Source: Candidatus Cloacimonadales bacterium | GTDB taxonomy: Bacteria > Cloacimonadota > Cloacimonadia > Cloacimonadales > JAFGVF01 | Assembly: GCA_963663475.2 (NCBI GenBank) | Contig: CAXXJV010000001.1 | Coordinates: forward strand, 2,336,001 to 2,400,000 | Reading direction: 5' to 3' | Length of the DNA stretch: 64,000 bases | Position numbers and translations under genes: made by a program | The notes under the pieces: model-generated | Told to the model about the DNA's origin: nothing | What the model saw: the letters and a program-made list of their open reading frames with translations, nothing else | Database searches by the model: none | Shown here: piece after piece, positions 57,578 to 64,000 of the stretch | Numbering within the stretch: the stretch's first letter is position 1 | How the letters are laid out: each line of letters opens with the position of its first letter

Positions 57578-59885
57578 ATAAACCTCTCTTTTTAATATCT
57601 TCAATTGCCAACAAGACAGCTTCCGGAGTTGCTGGCATTTTTAGCTTAATAGTTTCCGGAGACTTAGTTACATAACTTATAGCATTCATTATTGAGAACC
57701 AACCTGCTAAGCCATAAAGGAAAGGTGGTTCTCCCACAGCCTTAGACCCAAGAACACTTGCCTGAGATCTTTCTTTATTTACTTGTTTTACCACGAAATT
57801 TGAACAAACATCACTCATAGTTGGAATTTTATAGGTTGAAGGAGTAGTTGCCATACTTTCTCCTTTGTCATTATATCTTACTTCTTCCATTGTACAATAG
57901 CCTAATCCTTGAACCGTAGCTCCATATATTTGACCTAAATCAATCTCTTTGTTAATAGGAATTCCATTGTCATGAGCAATATAAATTGATTCAAAACTAT
58001 ATTCCCCAGTTAGGATATCAACTTCAGAGACTATTAAGCTCGCGCCATAAACGAAATAATAAAAGGGATTTCCCTTATTTGTAATTTTATCAAAATGTAT
58101 ATCTGGAGTCTTATAAAAACTATGTTCTCCAAGATCAATTCTATTCATATAAGCATAGTGGGCAAGTTCTTTAAAAGTAATTTTCTCATTAGGAAAGTTA
58201 CTAGAATAAACCATATTATCAGCAAAAACAATATCTGTTTCTTGAGTTTGTATTTGATATTTCTCTATTAGTAAATCTACAGCAGCTTTTCTTAATCTAG
58301 CTTTCAAGTTTTCGCTAGCTTGTCTAGCAGCATTTCCATTTAAATCAGAACCTGAAGAAGCTGCAGTAGGAGATGAGTTCCCCACTCTTTTAGTGTTAGT
58401 ACTTTCGCTTCTAACATTATCAATAGAGATACCTAGAGTTTCACTAACAATTGTAGCAACCTTAGTATATAATTGTTGGCCCATTTCAATCCCGCCATGA
58501 CTGAGAGATATAGAGCCATCTGAATATATCCAGATTAAGGCTGATCCTTGGTTTAGGAAAGTAGCGGTAAAAGAGATACCAAATTTACCTGTAACAATAC
58601 CTATTCCTTTCTTTTTATACCTATGCTTCTTATTGAAGTCATTGATTTCAGCTTTTAATTTTTTATAATTAGAAATTGCTTCAAGTTCTTCTAACATCTC
58701 TAAGCCTAAGGCTTCTTTAACTTCCATTCCGTATTGGGTTGTTTGACCTACCCTATAAACATTCTTCTTCCTAATCTCTAGCAAATCCATTCCTAAGGAA
58801 TAAGCAACTTTCTCTAAGGCTAGTTCAGTAGTAATAATTGACTGGGGAGCTCCAAAACCTCGAAAAGCAGTATTAGAAGGCAAATTAGTCCTGTAAGCAG
58901 TTCCTGTAACATGCATTTTAGGGATATAATAACCGCTATCAGAATGAAGTAAACCTCTTTCTAGAATTGCGAATGATAAATCTATATAAGCACCACCATT
59001 TGCCTTTAAGTCTAGCCTATAGTCTAACAACTTTCCTGATTTATTGAATTTTATAGTATAATCATTAACAAACTCATGTCTCTTACCAGTCCAACTAATA
59101 TCATCTTTTCTCTCAAGAGCTAAATACACAGGTTTTTTGAGATTATAAGCTGCAATAGTAGTAATGCCTGCCCAGAGGGTTGCTTGTGCTTCCTTACCTC
59201 CAAAAGCTCCTCCTAACCTTCTCACATCAACAGTAATGTAATTAGAAGATACTCCTAGTAGTCTGGCACATATTTCCTGAACTTCTGAAACAGCTTGTGT
59301 AGAGCTATAGACAGTAAAGTAGCCATTCTCTTCACAATTAACAAAGCATCTTTGTGTTTCAAAATAAAAATGCTCCTGAGCTCCAACTGTTAATTGACCT
59401 GATATTACTTTTAGATCTTCTTCTTGGTCTGGGAAATTGTCTATTCTTTGGAATAGCCTTGTTGGGCCATATTCAGTTTTAGCTTCCACTGCTTGCTGAA
59501 CTTTAAGAATTGCCTTCAAATCTTGGTATTCTACTTTTATTTTTCTACTCAAACTAATAGCAGATTCTAAAGTCTTAGCTACCACAATAGCAATAGGTTC
59601 CCCAACATAATTTACTTGATTTTCAGCTAAAAGAGGTTGCTGGTCACCATTTCCATGAGCAATATTATTTTCTCCAGGAAGGTCTTTATATGTTAAAAGC
59701 TTAACAAAGTTGGGATTATCTTCAATAGCCTGACAATCTATACTAAGTATTTTAGCTTTTGCCTTAGAACTTACCAGTGGATAAGCATATAGGCATTCAG
59801 CTACTCCTTGGGCAATATTCTCAACAAAAGTAGAAGAGCCTTTAACATGTAATTTTCCTGAGAGGTGTTTTGAATTAACTTTCAT
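57570..59885 (-). CDS. xdhB: Xanthine dehydrogenase molybdopterin subunit (Rhodobacter/Pseudomonas type)
   Basis: QEHFYFE, RRLGGAFGGKE, TAFRGFGAPQ, FGISF, TAASSGSDLNG, KAVGEPP. Confidence 0.92.
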   Translation of the reverse strand: MKVNSKHLSGKLHVKGSSTFVENIAQGVAECLYAYPLVSSKAKAKILSIDCQAIEDNPNFVKLLTYKDLPGENNIAHGNGDQQPLLAENQVNYVGEPIAIVVAKTLESAISLSRKIKVEYQDLKAILKVQQAVEAKTEYGPTRLFQRIDNFPDQEEDLKVISGQLTVGAQEHFYFETQRCFVNCEENGYFTVYSSTQAVSEVQEICARLLGVSSNYITVDVRRLGGAFGGKEAQATLWAGITTIAAYNLKKPVYLALERKDDISWTGKRHEFVNDYTIKFNKSGKLLDYRLDLKANGGAYIDLSFAILERGLLHSDSGYYIPKMHVTGTAYRTNLPSNTAFRGFGAPQSIITTELALEKVAYSLGMDLLEIRKKNVYRVGQTTQYGMEVKEALGLEMLEELEAISNYKKLKAEINDFNKKHRYKKKGIGIVTGKFGISFTATFLNQGSALIWIYSDGSISLSHGGIEMGQQLYTKVATIVSETLGISIDNVRSESTNTKRVGNSSPTAASSGSDLNGNAARQASENLKARLRKAAVDLLIEKYQIQTQETDIVFADNMVYSSNFPNEKITFKELAHYAYMNRIDLGEHSFYKTPDIHFDKITNKGNPFYYFVYGASLIVSEVDILTGEYSFESIYIAHDNGIPINKEIDLGQIYGATVQGLGYCTMEEVRYNDKGESMATTPSTYKIPTMSDVCSNFVVKQVNKERSQASVLGSKAVGEPPFLYGLAGWFSIMNAISYVTKSPETIKLKMPATPEAVLLAIEDIKKRGLYV

Positions 59886-61350
59886 CAGTCACCTCCATTT
59901 TAAATTTATATAAATGTTTGAAAACATGGTTCCTAATTAATATCTGACGGTACTCAGCTGATCCTCTAATATCACTAATAGGAGTGAACTCATCAGCAAC
60001 TTTATCTGCGACAGAGCCCATATCTATATCTTTTATATGCTTACCTCTTATTTCTAAAGCGATACTTAAAGCTAATTTTGGGTAAGCAGCAACTCCCCCA
60101 AAAGAAAATCGACTTACATTAACAACACCATTATCGTGTTCAATATAGGCAAAGGAGCAGACTGACGATATATCTAATGTCTTTCTCTTAGCAGACTTTT
60201 CAAAATTATAATAACCAGTAATATGTAGCGGAATTATAATCTCTTTTATAAACTCATGTTTTTTCAGAACAGTTTCCTTATAACCCTTGTAGAATTGATC
60301 AATTGAGACTTGCCTTTCTCCCTCATTTCCAAAGAGTATTAATCTAGCATTGAGACCAATTAAAGCTGTAGCACAATCTCCAACTGGTGAAGCATTACCA
60401 ACATTGCCTCCAATTGATGCTATATTTCTTATTTGCTTACTTGCCATTTTACTTGCAACATGGGCAAGACAAGGAAGATGTTGATTAACTAGACTATTTG
60501 TCCTGATTTCCTCTAAAGGAGTTGAGGCACCAATAACTAAATAGTCTCCTTGATATTTTATTTCTTTCATTCCAGGTATGAAACTAATATCTAGATAATT
60601 TTTAAAATAAGTTCGTCTGAGATTACCAACTACATATAAGTCTGTCCCCCCAGAAATAACCTTAATAGTTCCTTTACCTGAAAGCTTGTTAATTACTTCT
60701 TGGTATTTACTTAATGACTTAATTAGATAATAACCTTGAACACCTCTTTCAGAAATAGACTGTTCATTAGTCTCTAAATCATTTATTTTAGCTAGTTCTG
60801 CAAGTGTCTTATTAGCACCAACTAGTTTTGCTGGAAATAAATTATCATGATTATTAGTAAAATACTTTATAATCTCTAAAGCACCTTTAATTATATGAAC
60901 ATAACCTGTACATCTGCATAAGTTACCATTCAAAGATTCTTTCAAATCCTCTTCATTATAAGAATCATTCTCGGCTAAATAAGCAAAGATAGACATAACT
61001 ATTCCAGGTGTACAAAAACCGCATTGAGTGCTATAATTGTTATAAAGTATTTCTTGTATTGGGTGAAGCTGGTCTGCACCATCTGTTAAACCCTCAACTG
61101 TTATTACATGCTTATTTAAAATCTTCTCTGCTGGATATAAACATGAATTTACTGCCCTGTAGGAGATTTTGCCTTTTACATATTCACTTATTGTTACTGT
61201 GCAAGCCCCACAGTCTCCTTCATTGCAAACGGATTTGGTTCCATTTAATTTATATTCATCTCTTATAACTTCTAACAAGGTGGTAGAGGGAGTCACTTCT
61301 AAAGTCTTAACTTCCCCATTCAAAACGAATTTAATAATATTTGTTTGCAT
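59875..61350 (-). CDS. xdhA: Xanthine dehydrogenase 2Fe-2S plus FAD subunit
   Basis: CNEGDCGAC, QCGFCTPG, GNLCRCTGY, GGTD, QIRNIASIGGN, SPVGD, PISDIRGSAEYR. Confidence 0.92.
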   Translation of the reverse strand: MQTNIIKFVLNGEVKTLEVTPSTTLLEVIRDEYKLNGTKSVCNEGDCGACTVTISEYVKGKISYRAVNSCLYPAEKILNKHVITVEGLTDGADQLHPIQEILYNNYSTQCGFCTPGIVMSIFAYLAENDSYNEEDLKESLNGNLCRCTGYVHIIKGALEIIKYFTNNHDNLFPAKLVGANKTLAELAKINDLETNEQSISERGVQGYYLIKSLSKYQEVINKLSGKGTIKVISGGTDLYVVGNLRRTYFKNYLDISFIPGMKEIKYQGDYLVIGASTPLEEIRTNSLVNQHLPCLAHVASKMASKQIRNIASIGGNVGNASPVGDCATALIGLNARLILFGNEGERQVSIDQFYKGYKETVLKKHEFIKEIIIPLHITGYYNFEKSAKRKTLDISSVCSFAYIEHDNGVVNVSRFSFGGVAAYPKLALSIALEIRGKHIKDIDMGSVADKVADEFTPISDIRGSAEYRQILIRNHVFKHLYKFKMEVTDES

Positions 61351-61364
61351 AAATTCTCTCTTTT

Positions 61365-62585
61365 TTATGTGTTAACTATTCTTCCATTAATATAAACTTC
61401 CTCAATCGCAGAAGCTCCCTCAACAAAAATCAATTGTGACAGTATCTCTTGGGCTGTCTGATCAGGATTAACATTCATAATCAAAAAATCAGCAGACTTT
61501 CCAATCTCTATTGATCCAATTATATCTTCTTTAGAAAGCACTCGAGCAGAACCTAAGGTTGCTAAATAAAAAGCTTCTTCCACTTCTAAAGAATAATTCA
61601 TTTGCATATAGTTAGCCATTTTCATATGATAAAACATATCTAGACAAGTTCCTCCAGCCACATCCGAACCTAAACCAATAGTAAGATTACTGTCAATTAA
61701 TTTTTTATAGGGGAAGGGCCCAGACTTTAAAAAGAAGTTAGAATCAGGACAATGAGCTAGTTTTGTCTTAGTCTTTTCTAACAAAGCAATTTCACTATTT
61801 TCTAAATGAATTGTATGGGCCATAATTGTCTTAGGACCTAAAATGTTAGCTCTATTATAGACATCAGTATAGGATTTTGCTTGAGGGAAAAGCTTTTTCA
61901 CTAAAGCTATTTCATTCTTATTCTCAGAAAGATGGGTTTGAATATAATGGTCATTTTTTTGAGCATAATTACCAATCATTGACATCAAGTTATGACTGCA
62001 TACAGGGGCAAATCTAGGAGTAAAAATATAATCTAAGAGGGGTTTTTTATCCCATTGCTGACAGAGTTCAACAGATTCATCAAAAGACTTTTGGCTATCT
62101 TCTAATAAGTCTTGGGGAGAATTTTGGTCCATACAGACCTTGCCTATCAAGGCACGATAGTTCAATCTTTGAGCTTCTTCAAAAGCAATATTTGTTGCTT
62201 CTTGAGAAACACTTACATAAATTGAGGCACAAGTTGTTCCAGTCTTAATTAAATTCTTAAAAAAATCATTAGCAACTTGTCTAGCATAAAATTTATCATT
62301 GAATTTTGCTTCTTCTGGAAAAGTATAGCTACTTAACCAGTCTAGCAAATCACTCTTGTACCTTCCTCTGATTTTCCATTGGGACAGATGAACATGGGTA
62401 TCAATTAAACCAGGAATGACCAGCTTATCCCTCTTATCTATGATTGATTTGTTGGTTATATCAAAGTCTGTAACTGCTTGTATATTATTAATTTTACTAT
62501 TATCAATTGTTAAAATTACGTCTTTTAAATATTCTACTTCTGTCCTAGAAACTGGATTGAGTATGTTACATCTGATATATTCCAT
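61365..62585 (-). CDS. guaD: Guanine deaminase
   Basis: PGLIDTHVHLSQ, LLDWLxxYTFPEE, TPRFAP, QTHLSEN, HCPDSN, GSDVAGG. Confidence 0.93.
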   Translation of the reverse strand: MEYIRCNILNPVSRTEVEYLKDVILTIDNSKINNIQAVTDFDITNKSIIDKRDKLVIPGLIDTHVHLSQWKIRGRYKSDLLDWLSSYTFPEEAKFNDKFYARQVANDFFKNLIKTGTTCASIYVSVSQEATNIAFEEAQRLNYRALIGKVCMDQNSPQDLLEDSQKSFDESVELCQQWDKKPLLDYIFTPRFAPVCSHNLMSMIGNYAQKNDHYIQTHLSENKNEIALVKKLFPQAKSYTDVYNRANILGPKTIMAHTIHLENSEIALLEKTKTKLAHCPDSNFFLKSGPFPYKKLIDSNLTIGLGSDVAGGTCLDMFYHMKMANYMQMNYSLEVEEAFYLATLGSARVLSKEDIIGSIEIGKSADFLIMNVNPDQTAQEILSQLIFVEGASAIEEVYINGRIVNT

Positions 62586-62793
62586 ATTTTCCTTCCTTTA
62601 GTCAATCATTCCATTTTTAGGATCATTTAGAATTATGTAAAGTTTTTTTTTGTTTGAACAATGATTTATTACCGAGGAAACTCTTCAACCATCAAGCCAC
62701 CCTCCCCTCTAGCATATCCAAAAAGAACTATACTATAAAGCTGGATAAAATTGGAGAGATGATTTTTACTAAAGGGAGGCAAATAATTAAGAT

Positions 62794-62825
62794 GAAAAAA
62801 AAGAGCCTTGCTAGCAAGGCTCTTT
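62794..62825 (-). terminator. Intrinsic terminator of serC
   Basis: Perfect palindrome AAAGAGCCTTGCTAGCAAGGCTCTTT (62800-62825) with a T-run on the minus strand. Confidence 0.85.
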
Positions 62826-62849
62826 AACATATATTTCTTAAGCTAATAC

Positions 62850-63938
62850 TTATTGATTATCAGCTTGGAATTTTTTCATAAACTCACCTAAAGCTTTTGC
62901 ACTTTCAAGTGGACATGAGTTATAAACAGATGCACGACAGCCACCAACAGATCTATGACCTTTAAGACCAATCATACCATTAGCTTTAGCTTCAGCGATA
63001 AATTTCTTTTCCAGTTCTTCACTAGCTAATCTGAAAGGAATATTCATAAGAGATCTATCTTCTTTAACAACAGTTCCTTTATAGAAACCATTAGAATTAT
63101 CAATAGCATCATAAATGTAGTTTGCTTTTTTAACATTATGAGCATGAAGTTTATCTAAGCCACCAAAATTATCGATCCATTTTAGTACTTCACCAACAAC
63201 ATAAATATTAAATGCTGGAGGAGTATTAAACATAGAATCTTTATCAATATGAGTTTTATAGTCTAACATAGTTGGAAGATTTTTATTCATTTGATCGATA
63301 ATAGATTTTCTAATGGCAACAAGTGTAACACCTGCTGGACCAACGTTCTTTTGAGCACCGGCATAGATTAAGTCATATTTCTTGAAATCATAAGGTCTGC
63401 TTAAGAAGTTTGAAGACATATCAGCAACTAATTTAACACCTTCAGGAACTTGAGGAGTCTCTGCATATTCAGTACCACGAATAGTATTATTTGTAGTAAT
63501 ATGTAAGAAGGCAGGATTTTCAGAAAGCTTAAATTCTTTTGGAATATAAGTAAAATCTTTGTCTTCTGAAGAAGCAGCTATGTGCATGCCTTTTCCAATT
63601 TTCTTAGCTTCTTTTAAAGCTTTTGTAGCCCAAGTACCTGTATTGATATAATTTCCTTCTTGACCTTCACCAATAAGATTCATAGCAACCATTAAGAATT
63701 GAGTTGAAGCTCCGCCACCAAGAAATAGAATTTCATAGTCATCACCTAAATCCATAACTTTCTTAGCATTTGCCATTGCATCATCAATGATTTGTTGATA
63801 TTCAGCAGAACGATGTGACATTTCCATCACTGAAAGTCCATAACCTTTATAGCTAATTAAGTTAGCTTGAACATCTTTTAATACTTCCACTGGTAATACT
63901 GATGGACCAGCGTTAAAATTGTGAATTCTGTTTTCCAT
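62850..63938 (-). CDS. serC: Phosphoserine aminotransferase
   Basis: NFNAGP, EMSHRS, GGAS, TGTWA, DMSS, GAQKN, NTPP, GHRSVGG. Start reassigned to ATG 63938. Confidence 0.96.
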   Translation of the reverse strand: MENRIHNFNAGPSVLPVEVLKDVQANLISYKGYGLSVMEMSHRSAEYQQIIDDAMANAKKVMDLGDDYEILFLGGGASTQFLMVAMNLIGEGQEGNYINTGTWATKALKEAKKIGKGMHIAASSEDKDFTYIPKEFKLSENPAFLHITTNNTIRGTEYAETPQVPEGVKLVADMSSNFLSRPYDFKKYDLIYAGAQKNVGPAGVTLVAIRKSIIDQMNKNLPTMLDYKTHIDKDSMFNTPPAFNIYVVGEVLKWIDNFGGLDKLHAHNVKKANYIYDAIDNSNGFYKGTVVKEDRSLMNIPFRLASEELEKKFIAEAKANGMIGLKGHRSVGGCRASVYNSCPLESAKALGEFMKKFQADNQ

Positions 63939-64000
63939 ATTAAAACTCCGTAATTTTATTTTTGATACCAAAATATAAATTGCTGATTTCTTTGGCAAGG

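Noticed and set aside
10343-62585. Hidden selenoproteins (in-frame UGA read-through)
   Set aside because: Recognised proteins look full length. The TGA stops examined (10343, 16010, 22794, 34792, 38958) are at natural C-termini, mostly overlapping the next start. The replaced Cys positions checked in HydD and AMMECR1 are sense codons.
618-62601. Short antisense or alternative-frame ORFs in the track (e.g. 618-815, 11001-11237, 14171-14407, 55542-55901, 61008-61268)
   Set aside because: They lie within well-supported genes, lack motifs, and are expected shadow ORFs.
62586-62849. Purine or Moco riboswitch upstream of guaD
   Set aside because: No ATATGG/GTTTCTAC/CCGTAAA purine aptamer core or other recognisable riboswitch motif.

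Overview
AT-rich (roughly 30% GC by eye) bacterial chromosome segment from a probable diderm anaerobe. Secreted proteins ending in a YPNPFNP...YNLxGQ FlgD-Ig/T9SS-like tail suggest Cloacimonadota, which is an inference only. Left to right: a partial M14 carboxypeptidase and rel (+); a long minus-strand run with a HydC/HATPase/HydD/HydB (Hnd/NuoEF-like) diaphorase operon that has no catalytic subunit, followed directly by selC-selA-selB, dnaX, GT2, udk, PHP, folA and a glucosaminidase; a 1300-aa secreted FN3/FlgD protein; an intact IS21-family element (21999-24367, CCTAA target duplication) inserted into a REP-like repeat within a repeat-rich spacer; a dapD/aminotransferase/psuG region with two unusual fusion proteins; PPi-type Pfk, an SPFH protein and a hybrid kinase; a ~20 kb anaerobic purine-catabolism cluster; and serC. 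Most notable: (1) the purine cluster (guaD, xdhAB, ssnA, ygeY, hyuA, second Mo-hydroxylase, ygeW, mocA, xdhC) has no recognisable ygfK or ygeX, but carries a fused PreT-PreA (DPD-like) flavoenzyme with altered substrate residues and two fold-type II PLP enzymes; (2) a 7/5 tRNA-Sec with a C1-A72 mismatch; (3) a cysteine-free HydD/HndB in a hydA-less operon linked to the Sec genes; (4) a GT-B/Ppx-GppA fusion next to psuG. All calls come from motif recognition; no database searches were run.
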